From the NCBI GenBank assembly GCA_050118775.1, contig JASFKF010000001.1, forward strand, positions 1 through 27,310: a stretch of DNA of 27,310 nucleotides, in the 5' to 3' direction. Shown piece after piece: positions 8,191-16,817 of this stretch. How positions within the stretch are numbered: the stretch's first letter is position 1; each line of letters begins with the position of its first letter. The notes beneath the pieces were generated by a model. That model had not been told where the DNA came from, did not search any database, and saw only the letters and a list, made by a program, of their open reading frames with translations. A program made the translations under genes and the position numbers. The DNA comes from Syntrophobacterales bacterium. Its GTDB lineage: Bacteria; Desulfobacterota; Syntrophobacteria; BM002.

Positions 8191-9003
8191 GTGTCCCAGC
8201 TAAATAATATCATGGAAATCTTCAAGATACTGGATAAGTCAAATTGCAGGAAGTGCGACGAACCGACATGTCTGGCCTTTGCTGCTGCCGTGTTCAAGGG
8301 TGAAAAACAGCTTGCCGAGTGCCCCAGCCTGGAGAGCGAAATAATTGAGCGCTATGGTGGGAAAGCCGGCAGTGAAATGACCCTTGAAGAGGAAGCGGAA
8401 CAAGCAATGGAGCAGCTGAAAGGAAAAATTACCACCATAGATCTTTCTTCATCAGCAAAGAAATTAAAGGCAAAATTCTCTGACGGGAAATTGACGATCA
8501 AGATTCTTGGCAAGGACTTCAGTGTCGATTCAAAAGGAAACATTACAACAGAAATTCACGTCCATTCATGGATAACGATACCAGCGCTCAACTACATAAT
8601 AAATGGTGCGGGAATCCCTGTTTCTGGAAAATGGGTCCCATTCAGGGAATTGAAAGAGGGGAAAACATGGTATCGGCTTTTTGGTCAGAGATGTGAAAAA
8701 CCCCTAAAAAAAGTTGCTGATACCTATACGGATCTCTTCGAGGACATGATTAGACTTTTCAACGGCAGGCAAGTTGAAAATCATTACAACTCTGATATTT
8801 CACTTGTTTTGCATCCCCTACCGAAAGTGCCCATTCTGATCTGTTACTGGAAGCCGGAACCGGAAGATGGACTCGAATCTAATCTCAATATCTTTTTTGA
8901 TTCAACAGCGGAAGAGAATCTCAACATCGAATCCATCTATACTCTTGCTACCGGGCTTACGATAATGTTTGAAAAGCTCGCTTTGAGGCACGGGTGGCAA
9001 TAA
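8191..9003 (+). CDS. DUF3786 domain protein with N-terminal Fe-S domain
   Basis: SNCRKCDEPTCLAFAA…ECP 4Fe-4S motif (AcsC/RnfB-type FeS domain); C-terminal W.PFRELK.G…PLPKVPILIC.W…FD pattern; AGGAGG RBS before the GTG start. Confidence 0.9.
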   Translation: MSQLNNIMEIFKILDKSNCRKCDEPTCLAFAAAVFKGEKQLAECPSLESEIIERYGGKAGSEMTLEEEAEQAMEQLKGKITTIDLSSSAKKLKAKFSDGKLTIKILGKDFSVDSKGNITTEIHVHSWITIPALNYIINGAGIPVSGKWVPFRELKEGKTWYRLFGQRCEKPLKKVADTYTDLFEDMIRLFNGRQVENHYNSDISLVLHPLPKVPILICYWKPEPEDGLESNLNIFFDSTAEENLNIESIYTLATGLTIMFEKLALRHGWQ

Positions 9004-9064
9004 GGATTAAATTTGAATGGGGATCAGCTAATAGTCATTAGACGGAGATGGGGAGAAGAACTTG

Positions 9065-9225
9065 GTGAAAATAAAAATCGATTTCAAATGTCCAGGTATA
9101 GAGCAGAATCTGAAAGCCATACCGAAATCGTATTCCTGCCCCAATGAGGTGCGTAAGTTGAAATATGGACGGATGAGACTAAAGGTAAGTGCTCATCCTG
9201 CAGAAGCATAATCTTTCAGGAACAG
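9065..9225 (+). pseudogene. Disrupted small zinc-ribbon protein
   Basis: GTG 9065: KIKIDFKCPGIEQNLKAIPKSYSCP; after a 1-nt deficit at about 9143 a shifted frame reads *GA*VEIWTDETKGKCSSC, i.e. CPxCGAEVEIWTDE…CxxC with TGA at 9145 and TAA at 9154. The 3' end is approximate. Confidence 0.7.
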
Positions 9226-9313
9226 GGACAAAGAAAATCACTAATTTTACCTCAAGTGGCCGGCAGAGGTCGACTTGGGCTCTATTCTGATATTGATACA
9301 GAGTGTAGCGGAG

Positions 9314-9922
9314 ATGAAGTACGGGCAACAAAGATACTCTGCTGATTTGAAAAAACTGACTAAACTGGCGAGTGAATTAGGTGCGGGCAGTGCTAAGGTT
9401 ATATCGACAAGCGACATTTCCGTTGAGGACCACTTGGCAAATTTATGTAAAGAACCTCGTTGTGAAAACTACGGGCTCTCGGCCAGTTGCCCGCCGCATG
9501 TTGCCGGACCGTCCGGATTTATTAAGCTGCTGAAAAAGTTTGAAAAAGCAGTGGTCTTTAAGATCGATGTCTCCTCAGAAATCCTGCTTTCGAGTGACCG
9601 CCGCGAAGTATTCAGGGCGCTCCATGAGATCTCCGCCTTTATTGAGCTATCAGCCGTCGAGATGGGATACCAACGCTCAAGAGCCTACGCAGGAGGTTCT
9701 TGCAAACGGCTCTTTTGCCACGATTACACTCACTGCCGGGTGCTAAAGGAGGGGGAAGCATGCCGTAATCCTCATCGTGCCCGACCTTCCATGTCAGGTT
9801 TCGGGATCAACGTGTCCAAGCTGATGCAGGTGGCTGGCTGGACCATGAGCCGGATCAGCCAGGATGCCGGTCGGAATGAGGCCTCGCTGGGAACGGTTTG
9901 CGGTCTGGTCTTAATTGGCTGA
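9314..9922 (+). CDS. DUF2284 domain predicted metal-binding protein
   Basis: LCKEPRCENYGLSASCPP, GGSCKRLFC…C…CR.P..ARPSMSGFGINV motifs. Start uncertain (track gives TTG at 9275). Confidence 0.88.
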   Translation: MKYGQQRYSADLKKLTKLASELGAGSAKVISTSDISVEDHLANLCKEPRCENYGLSASCPPHVAGPSGFIKLLKKFEKAVVFKIDVSSEILLSSDRREVFRALHEISAFIELSAVEMGYQRSRAYAGGSCKRLFCHDYTHCRVLKEGEACRNPHRARPSMSGFGINVSKLMQVAGWTMSRISQDAGRNEASLGTVCGLVLIG

Positions 9923-9972
9923 GGCGGACCACGTATATGTATCACAGAGTATAAGAAAGCGGAGCCAGCACT

Positions 9973-10992
9973 ATGAAACTCAAATATCTAATTACAGTGC
10001 TTCGGACAATGAAAATACCCGGTCTATTTCCGATCATGAGAGATTGGCAGGCTCTCGTGAGAATGCATTTTATGTATGCTGCGCATGAATCAGGTTTAAT
10101 TGAAGCTCTATCTACTCCTGCCTCCAAGGATGACTTGATTCAGAAGCTAAATGTGAAGCGCCCGGAGCTTCTTGAAGCACTCTTAGATGTTGGGCTTTCA
10201 GCGAAAGAACTCGCATTCGCAAATGGCTTATATAGTATTAAGGGAAAACGATCCAGAGCGCTAGCAGGCAACGAAGGCGATATGCTAACAGCCATGATTC
10301 AGGCAAATGTCACCTATTATAGTTCAGCATATCGTAATGCTGCTGATCGTATACACGGGGCTCCGCTTGGTGATGATCTCGAAAAAATCGGAGATGTAGT
10401 TGCAAGATTCTCAAAAATAGGTGAACCGTTTATTAGGCATTTTACAGCAGACATTGTTTCCGGCAGAAAATCAATGAGAGTCCTTGATGTTGGGTGTGGT
10501 TCAGGACTGTTCCTGCAAAGTATTTTTAACGTCAATTCAAATGCAACTGGTATCGGTATTGATATAGATGTGGCAGTAGTTGAGCAAGCCAGGCAAAACA
10601 TAGAAGATTGGGGACTGAGTTATAAGTTCATGATTATGGAGGGAGATATTTGTTCCCCTCCTGAAGGTATCGAAGGATCTTTTGACCTTATTACACTCTA
10701 TAATATTCTTCATTATTTCACTTCTGAAAAACGCATTGAATTGCTACGGATACTTCATTCAATGCTATCCCCTGATGGCACATTAGCTATCTCTACATTT
10801 TTGCGGAGTAATGGCGAGGACCTTGGAGCGGCAAATCTTAATATGGTTAATAGTTCTCTCGAAGGACTGGCACCTCTGCCTGACATCGATGAGTTGACAA
10901 CAGAGTTAGAGGGAAGTGGTTTTAAGAGAATCAAGACCCAAAGACTTATTCCGGGAAGCACATTTTATGGAATTGCCGCGGGTAACGCGTGA
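9973..10992 (+). CDS. Class I SAM-dependent methyltransferase (O-methyltransferase-like, N-terminal wHTH dimerisation region)
   Basis: VLDVGCGSG motif I, GIDID, EGDI, FDLI..YNILHY. Confidence 0.9.
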   Translation: MKLKYLITVLRTMKIPGLFPIMRDWQALVRMHFMYAAHESGLIEALSTPASKDDLIQKLNVKRPELLEALLDVGLSAKELAFANGLYSIKGKRSRALAGNEGDMLTAMIQANVTYYSSAYRNAADRIHGAPLGDDLEKIGDVVARFSKIGEPFIRHFTADIVSGRKSMRVLDVGCGSGLFLQSIFNVNSNATGIGIDIDVAVVEQARQNIEDWGLSYKFMIMEGDICSPPEGIEGSFDLITLYNILHYFTSEKRIELLRILHSMLSPDGTLAISTFLRSNGEDLGAANLNMVNSSLEGLAPLPDIDELTTELEGSGFKRIKTQRLIPGSTFYGIAAGNA

Positions 10993-11099
10993 TTGATTTT
11001 AGACCTAGAGGTCAAAGATACACGTGCCGTAGCACAATCCGGGTGGGCAATACTCAAAACACACAACTCTGCTATCCCTAGTCGATTTGGTGCATAATA

Positions 11100-11136
11100 A
11101 AAAAGCGCAGATTAGCATTTCAATTTAGCGCTTTTT
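11100..11136. terminator. Possible bidirectional terminator between convergent genes
   Basis: aaaaagcgc(agatt)…(aattt)a gcgcttttt stem. Confidence 0.45.
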
Positions 11137-11303
11137 CTGTTGAGCTTGCTGCACGATGTGGTGCCTATCCTTAACCGTCTAGAAGTTGTACTATCTGCTA
11201 TAGCTGTTGAGAAATAGAATGCCGAAAAAGTTGCCATCTTCAAATGATAGCTTGAACCAAGCTCTTGATCAGGTAACTTAAATATCTGCGGGAAAGAATC
11301 AAA

Positions 11304-12062
11304 TCAGAACCTAACAGACATGCAGGTTAGGCCTCCATCCATTTTGCGCACTTCACTGACGTCCAACTCAATAATATTGAGATCTAAGGCTAGAAGCTTT
11401 TTCCGAGTTTTAGGGAATCCCCTAGGAGTTATGAGAGAGCCGTTTATCAAGAGCGTGTTGGCGGCATATTCCTCAGATTTATCCACAACGATCTTATCAT
11501 ATTCTCTGAACTGATCGAGATTCCCATATAGTTCAGTCATCAATAGAGTGTTCTGGCCAACATAATTGACGCTGGATTTGAGGTGCAGTCCTGAACACAC
11601 AGGAACCACTGTCAAAGCCTTGCCGTATGCCTCAAGAATTCTGGCAAGTTGCTCGGCTCCCTTCCTGTTGGTGCGGCCGGAGATGCCGATGAAAAAATGT
11701 GTCCCCGCCATAAGTACATCCCCGCCGTCAACTGTACCGGGAGCCTTTATGTGGAAAGTTTCTCGGTAGTTGGCAAGGGTAGATTCAATTGTCTCTGCTT
11801 CGCCTCTTCTGCTGCTAGCTCCAGGATTTGTGATTATTGCAACATCTGGTGTTACTATTGCGACATCTTCTACGAAGTAAGCATCGGGATAACCCGGTAA
11901 GGGATCCAGCACAATAACATCAAGCCGGAGAGCTCTCAGCGTCTCGAGGTAAGCGGAGTGCTGTTCTAGTAACAGTTCATAGCTGGGTGTTCCCAAATTG
12001 GAAGTGGCTATACCATGAGCGAAGTCTTGTCCAGGTTTTCTCGTTATTGCATATTTGAACAT
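11304..12062 (-). CDS. ddaH: Dimethylarginine dimethylaminohydrolase (DDAH) / amidinotransferase family
   Basis: PDAYFVED, SRRGE, DGGDV, GLHLKS and DGGLTCMS catalytic motifs. Confidence 0.92.
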   Translation of the reverse strand: MFKYAITRKPGQDFAHGIATSNLGTPSYELLLEQHSAYLETLRALRLDVIVLDPLPGYPDAYFVEDVAIVTPDVAIITNPGASSRRGEAETIESTLANYRETFHIKAPGTVDGGDVLMAGTHFFIGISGRTNRKGAEQLARILEAYGKALTVVPVCSGLHLKSSVNYVGQNTLLMTELYGNLDQFREYDKIVVDKSEEYAANTLLINGSLITPRGFPKTRKKLLALDLNIIELDVSEVRKMDGGLTCMSVRF

Positions 12063-12088
12063 TTAGGAATCCCAGTTGCCAGCTGACT

Positions 12089-12754
12089 TTATCCTCTTTC
12101 CCACCAGGCGAAAATTACCAGCAGCACCAGGGCCCCGACCATCAAAGCGCAGTCCCAAAAAGTAAGATCATATTGCCTTCGAGTAGACCTGCCCTTCCGT
12201 CCGAAGCCTCGAGATTCCATAGCCAGGGCAAGTTCGTCAGACAAGACAAAAGATTGAGCCAACAAAGGCATGAGCAATGCCAAGAAATTGCCGACATTTC
12301 TTAGTCTTGGCCTGAGATCGATTCCCCTGGAACTCTGAGCGTCAATGATGTTGCGGATTTTCTGCCTTATCAAGGGCACGTAGCGCATGGCGGTGGTTAA
12401 TATAAAAGCAAAGCTGTAAGAGACCCCTAATTTATTTAGCGTAGCACCCAGCTCCTCTGGACTGACGGTTCGGAAAAAGACAAATGATACGGTCAAGAGA
12501 TTGAACAGCCGTATAGAAAGCAACAAAGCCACCTGGAGGTTAAAGGAGAAAAAAGCGATGACAAAAACCAGCCCGAGCATTGGCCAGAAGTAACGAAAGG
12601 AATGGGCCCACTCCTTTCCCATCCTGAGCAATGGCAGTGCAGCCAATAGAATAATTGACTCGACAACGAGTGTTTCCGGCTCCCTGGCGACAAAGACCGC
12701 TGCTATAGCCATCAACCCCAGGGCGAGTCTTGTTCTCGGATCCAAGCGAGTCAT
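12089..12754 (-). CDS. ecfT: ECF transporter transmembrane T component (CbiQ family)
   Basis: LDPRTRL, AMRYVP, AQSSRG, LALAMESRGF conserved Arg motifs. Confidence 0.93.
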   Translation of the reverse strand: MTRLDPRTRLALGLMAIAAVFVAREPETLVVESIILLAALPLLRMGKEWAHSFRYFWPMLGLVFVIAFFSFNLQVALLLSIRLFNLLTVSFVFFRTVSPEELGATLNKLGVSYSFAFILTTAMRYVPLIRQKIRNIIDAQSSRGIDLRPRLRNVGNFLALLMPLLAQSFVLSDELALAMESRGFGRKGRSTRRQYDLTFWDCALMVGALVLLVIFAWWERG

Positions 12755-12777
12755 TGCAGAGTTAAATCCTTCTGAAC

Positions 12778-12945
12778 AGATGTGGGATGTGAGATTGAAT
12801 ACTTGTCTTGAGATTTATTATCCCACATCTCAGATCTCACATCTCACATCCAGTTTTCCATTTGTTCGTGCTTCGTACTTCGAATTACCATTCGCCTTTT
12901 TAAGTCCTCAATCCGCAATCCGAAATCGAAAAGTGCCGAGTGCCT
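12778..12945. repeat. Composite heptamer element inside the ECF operon
   Basis: agatgtg ggatgtg agattga (12778-98) inverted against atcccac atctcag atctcac atctcac (12820-47); ttcgtgc ttcgtac ttcgaat (12865-85); aatccgc aatccga aatcgaa (12910-30); agtgccg agtgcct (12932-45). Confidence 0.9.
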
Positions 12946-14422
12946 AGTTTTTATCCTCGGGCGGGGGCAAGGCTCCTAGTTGAATCAAACGTTCATCACC
13001 CCAGAGATCCTCAGGTGATCCGTCGGCAACTACTCTACCATCATGTAGGACTATCCATCTGTCAGCGATGGCATGGGCAAACTCCAGGTCGTGAGTGGCA
13101 ATCAAGAGGGTGAAGTCCAGGTTCTCAAGTTCAGCCAGAAGGTTGGCCAGAGCCTCTCGAAAGCGCCCGTCTTGTCCTGAGGTCGGCTCATCCAGGATAA
13201 GAAGTTTTGGTCGCATGGCCAGAATCGAGGCAAGGGATACTCGCTTTTTCTCCCCCTCGCTGAGGCGGTAGGGGGATCTATTTAGAATCCCGTAAAGATC
13301 AAAAACGTTCCACATCTCCTTGATCCACTCGTGGCGCAATTTGCCGAGTTTTCTGGGACCTACCAAGACCTCATCTTTCACCCGGTATTTAAAAAACTGA
13401 TCGTTGGGATTCTGAAATGAGAGCCCCACATGGGCTGCCATCTCAGAAGGGGATTTACCCCGTATGTCTTCCCCCAGAAATGTGACTTTTCCCGCCGAGG
13501 GGTTCAGCAAGCCATTAAAGTGTTTGAGCAGAGTGGTCTTTCCCGAGCCGTTTCTTCCGATAAGGGCAACATTCTCCCCTTTTCTGAGATCGAAAGATAC
13601 ACCAGTGAGGATTTCTTTTTCCCCAATCCGGTATGAAAGGTCTCGTGCAGTGAGAAGGGGCTCCTTTCCTGCTGGCTTGTTTTCCCTTTTGGAGTACTGA
13701 GGCAGAAGGTTTGCTCTAGAAAGCGCCTGGTGAACGTGTTGCGGAATCCCCTGGTAAAGAATCTTCCCCTGATCCAGGATGAGACATCTAGTGGTGTCCT
13801 CGAGTAAATTTCCCAATCTTTGTTCAATGACTATGACAGTCTGGCCACTTTGGTTGATTTCCAGGATGGTTTGGCGAACTTTTTTGCTGGCGGCCCAATC
13901 AAGGTCGCCGTAAGGTTCATCAAGTAGGAGGACAGATGGGTTCAGAACGAGCACCGAGGCTACGGCCACAAGACGCTTCTCACCTCCCGAAAGAGTCACA
14001 GGTGATCGACCGAGCAGATCCTCGAGCCCCAGAGTAACCGAGATCTCCCTGATACGCTCGGCGATCTCGGGTCCTCGCACACCCAAACTTTCCAGACCAA
14101 AGGCAATTTCGTCTTCCACCGTGCTGTTGAATAGTTGAGCATCGGCGTTTTGCAGCACAAGACCAACGTGGGCGAAGAGATCGGAAACATTCAGCTCCAA
14201 AGTATTCAGACCAGCAACCGTAACGGAGCCTTGGAGCATGCCGCCGAAGTGGTGGGGAATGAGACCGTTGAAGGTATAGCCAAGGGTGGATTTTCCAGAG
14301 CCATTACCTCCTCCAATGAGCAGATACTCACCACTGTCCACGGAGAGGTCGATTCCTTGCAGCACCCACCCAGACCGAGGATAACGGTATCTTATGTCGC
14401 TCAAACGAATCACGGCTCCCAA
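12944..14422 (-). CDS. ECF transporter ATPase with two fused ABC domains
   Basis: Two Walker A motifs (GGNGSGKST, GRNGSGKTT), LSGGEK/LSEGEK signatures, LLLDEP/LILDEPT. An alternative GTG start at 14413 would give a GTGA overlap with thiW. Confidence 0.95.
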   Translation of the reverse strand: MGAVIRLSDIRYRYPRSGWVLQGIDLSVDSGEYLLIGGGNGSGKSTLGYTFNGLIPHHFGGMLQGSVTVAGLNTLELNVSDLFAHVGLVLQNADAQLFNSTVEDEIAFGLESLGVRGPEIAERIREISVTLGLEDLLGRSPVTLSGGEKRLVAVASVLVLNPSVLLLDEPYGDLDWAASKKVRQTILEINQSGQTVIVIEQRLGNLLEDTTRCLILDQGKILYQGIPQHVHQALSRANLLPQYSKRENKPAGKEPLLTARDLSYRIGEKEILTGVSFDLRKGENVALIGRNGSGKTTLLKHFNGLLNPSAGKVTFLGEDIRGKSPSEMAAHVGLSFQNPNDQFFKYRVKDEVLVGPRKLGKLRHEWIKEMWNVFDLYGILNRSPYRLSEGEKKRVSLASILAMRPKLLILDEPTSGQDGRFREALANLLAELENLDFTLLIATHDLEFAHAIADRWIVLHDGRVVADGSPEDLWGDERLIQLGALPPPEDKN

Positions 14423-14892
14423 ATGCCCCCTTTGCGGAGAAGTTTCAAGGCTATGACCCCAATAATAGTGCCTCCAATAGTGCTCACACTGAAGGCCACC
14501 ATCAAGGTGGCAAGGGCCATAGTCTTACCCATGAGAAGAGGAGCCACGATCCAGACGCTGGCAAGGGAACCCAGGATCCCGGTGCCCACTACTTCCCCCA
14601 ACCCGGCTAGATAGATGTTTCTAAATAACCGGTAGGCAAACCCTGCCAGCAAGGCACCAAACATGCCACCGGGAAAGGCCAGAAGAGTTCCGAGACCAAG
14701 AATATTTCTGATTATGGCGGCTATAGTAGCGATAGCCACGGCGTAGGCCGGTCCCAGCATGACCGCGCCGAGTACATTTACCATGTGTTGGGCAGGAAAA
14801 CACTTGGAAATGCCCACGGGGATAAAAAGGGGGGACAAAGCGACCGCAATGGCCACCAAGATCACTGCACGGGCGACGTCTTTTGTTTTCAT
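14410..14892 (-). CDS. thiW: ECF transporter S component ThiW (predicted thiazole precursor uptake)
   Basis: FIPVG.SKCFPAQHMVNVLGAVMLGP…RNILGLGTLLAFPGGMFGA…GEVVGTGILG. Start at 14892 by GGAG spacing (track 14898). Confidence 0.92.
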   Translation of the reverse strand: MKTKDVARAVILVAIAVALSPLFIPVGISKCFPAQHMVNVLGAVMLGPAYAVAIATIAAIIRNILGLGTLLAFPGGMFGALLAGFAYRLFRNIYLAGLGEVVGTGILGSLASVWIVAPLLMGKTMALATLMVAFSVSTIGGTIIGVIALKLLRKGGIWEP

Positions 14893-15164
14893 GGCCATTT
14901 CTCCTTGTCTTTGCCCGTAGAGAATAACTTGGGCCGCCTCACGAATAAATTATTATAATACCTTAAATCGGTGGGAATAGGATACCAAATCAACCACAAA
15001 GTAATGAGATCACATTTTCATCAGGGTTAAATGATAAATGAAGATCTGACCCCTCTACCATAGTCTTCCAATGGAAAGGTTGGCATACTTTGTGTTATAA
15101 AGTTTGCAATTCGTAGCGTAAACCGGAGTTGATAGCACGTTCTGATCTTAAAGAGGTGAATCTA

Positions 15165-16316
15165 ATGAAGTGGAAGTCCCTGCTCCTGCTGGCTGCAGTT
15201 ATTTTTTCTTTTTCCAAGGTTTATGCGGATCCCTTTGAGCCTTCCGGTTTTCCCTCACTTATAACATCGCTCAAGTTAGCCACGGCTATTGAGTTTTGTG
15301 GAGAAGAAGTACCTCTTGGAGAGCAACAGGTCAGAGAGCGACTGGAAAAAGAACTCCTCCTTTCCCTGTGGAACAGGCCCCAGGTCATTCTCTGGCTAAA
15401 GCGTTCAACACGATATCTGCCGCACATCGAGGAGGTCCTCAGAAATGAGGGGATGCCGGACGATTTGAAATATCTTGCCATTGCTGAGAGCGCCCTGAGA
15501 CCTCACGCCCACTCGAGAAAAGGAGCGGTGGGTTTTTGGCAGTTTATGAGATACACCGGGCAAAAATACGGTTTAATAATAAATAATCGTATCGATGAGA
15601 GGCGGAACATTTTTGCTTCAACCAGGGCAGCAACTAGGTATTTGAGGGATCTCCACGAGATTTTTGGCTCATGGGCTCTGGCAGCAGCAGCTTACAATAT
15701 GGGGGAAGAAGGGCTCATGTCCGAAATCCTCGAGCAGGGGAATAACGACTATTTTCACCTCTATCTTCCCCTGGAAACCCAACGGTATATCTTTAGGATT
15801 ATAGCAATAAAGCTGATTTTAGAGGACCCGGCCAAATATGGATTTTATCTTCTTGAGGAAGACTACTACCCCCCCTTCCACTTTGATCAGGTTAGCATTG
15901 AATGTGCCGACGAGACTCCAGTCCGAATTGTTGCCAAGGCAGCCAAAAGCACTTTCAAAGCCATAAAGGAATTGAATCCCGAAATCAGAGGACACTATCT
16001 GGCAGAGGGAAACTACACCATACTGATTCCAAAGGGCGACTCTGGGGATTTTCAGGCTCGATATGGGAATCTAGTAAGGCAGTGGTCCTCGAACCAACAG
16101 GAGCGAATCTATTTCGTAAAAGAAGGTGACAACCTTACCGCCATTGCCGAGCGATTTGCTGTACCCTTGGCCTCTCTTATAATTTGGAATCGCCTGAACC
16201 CCAGAGAGACCATCCATCCAGGTGACCGGCTCATCATCTACCCCCAAAAACCTGTGTATGTTGACATTGACAACCAAAATAACGGCAGCAACGGGGCTGC
16301 TCTCACCAACGATTAA
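15165..16316 (+). CDS. Lytic transglycosylase (SLT domain + LysM), MltD-like
   Basis: Signal peptide MKWKSLLLL…; DLKYLAIAES catalytic Glu, GAVGFWQFM, AAYNMGE, PLETQRY; C-terminal LysM YFVKEGDNLTAIA…LIIWN. GAGGTG RBS supports ATG 15165 (track 15129). Confidence 0.93.
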   Translation: MKWKSLLLLAAVIFSFSKVYADPFEPSGFPSLITSLKLATAIEFCGEEVPLGEQQVRERLEKELLLSLWNRPQVILWLKRSTRYLPHIEEVLRNEGMPDDLKYLAIAESALRPHAHSRKGAVGFWQFMRYTGQKYGLIINNRIDERRNIFASTRAATRYLRDLHEIFGSWALAAAAYNMGEEGLMSEILEQGNNDYFHLYLPLETQRYIFRIIAIKLILEDPAKYGFYLLEEDYYPPFHFDQVSIECADETPVRIVAKAAKSTFKAIKELNPEIRGHYLAEGNYTILIPKGDSGDFQARYGNLVRQWSSNQQERIYFVKEGDNLTAIAERFAVPLASLIIWNRLNPRETIHPGDRLIIYPQKPVYVDIDNQNNGSNGAALTND

Positions 16317-16332
16317 TGAACCGAGGCCTAGC

Positions 16333-16372
16333 AACAAATCTCAAGTCCCAAATCCGCAATTTCAAATCAAAA
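16333..16372. repeat. Heptamer array, AAATCYC type
   Basis: caaatct caagtcc caaatcc gcaattt caaatca. Confidence 0.7.
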
Positions 16373-16505
16373 GATCCAATAGCCAGTGAGGCGTACGGCT
16401 CAAGGAGCAAGATACAGGGCGATTTGGTCACTTGGCTGCGCCGTCATATGCCTTCGGCGTCAGTACGCTTCGCTGTCATTTATTGTAATAGGTACAAGCC
16501 TTCAA

Positions 16506-16530
16506 ATCGCAAGCAAAGCTTGCTCCTACA
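16506..16530 (-). repeat. GTAG-type REP-like palindrome
   Basis: Minus strand tgtaggaGCAAGCtttGCTTGCgat: GTAG tag followed by a perfect 6-bp hairpin. Confidence 0.5.
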
Positions 16531-16568
16531 GAATATAGTAGAGCTTATATTACTTGCTTTATGCCGTC

Positions 16569-16666
16569 TCCTGACTTCTGACCTCTGATCTCTGTCTTTT
16601 TACTCTATGCCCTATGCTCCATGCTCTATGCACTCTCGCATCTCAAATCCCCCATCCCCATCTGAC
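16569..16666. repeat. In-register composite heptamer array (CTGACYT then CTATGCY then CATCYCC)
   Basis: tcctgac ttctgac ctctgat ctctgtc tttttac tctatgc cctatgc tccatgc tctatgc actctcg catctca aatcccc catcccc atctgac. Confidence 0.85.
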
Positions 16667-16817
16667 TTTTTCATAGGTCGCATGAAAGTTGCATTAAGCT
16701 TCACTACTTATGGCAGCTAGCCTGCATTATTCGCGAATCTCTGGGATTCATGAAAAATTCGGGCTAGGAGTGCCAAAGGGCTATAGAACAAGGACGTTTT
16801 TTCCCCTTAAACAAACA

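Noticed and set aside
698-14892. Functional link between the MTH1187 thiamine-binding protein and thiW
   Set aside because: They are over 13 kb apart with unrelated genes between; no shared regulatory motif seen.
15081-15095. tggcatactttgtg as a sigma54 promoter (also tggcaactttttcgg on the minus strand near 11236)
   Set aside because: The -24/-12 spacing is off by one and the -12 GC is not matched.
14893-15128. Expected TPP riboswitch upstream of thiW
   Set aside because: Only an isolated cctgat; no CTGAGA or surrounding conserved stems.
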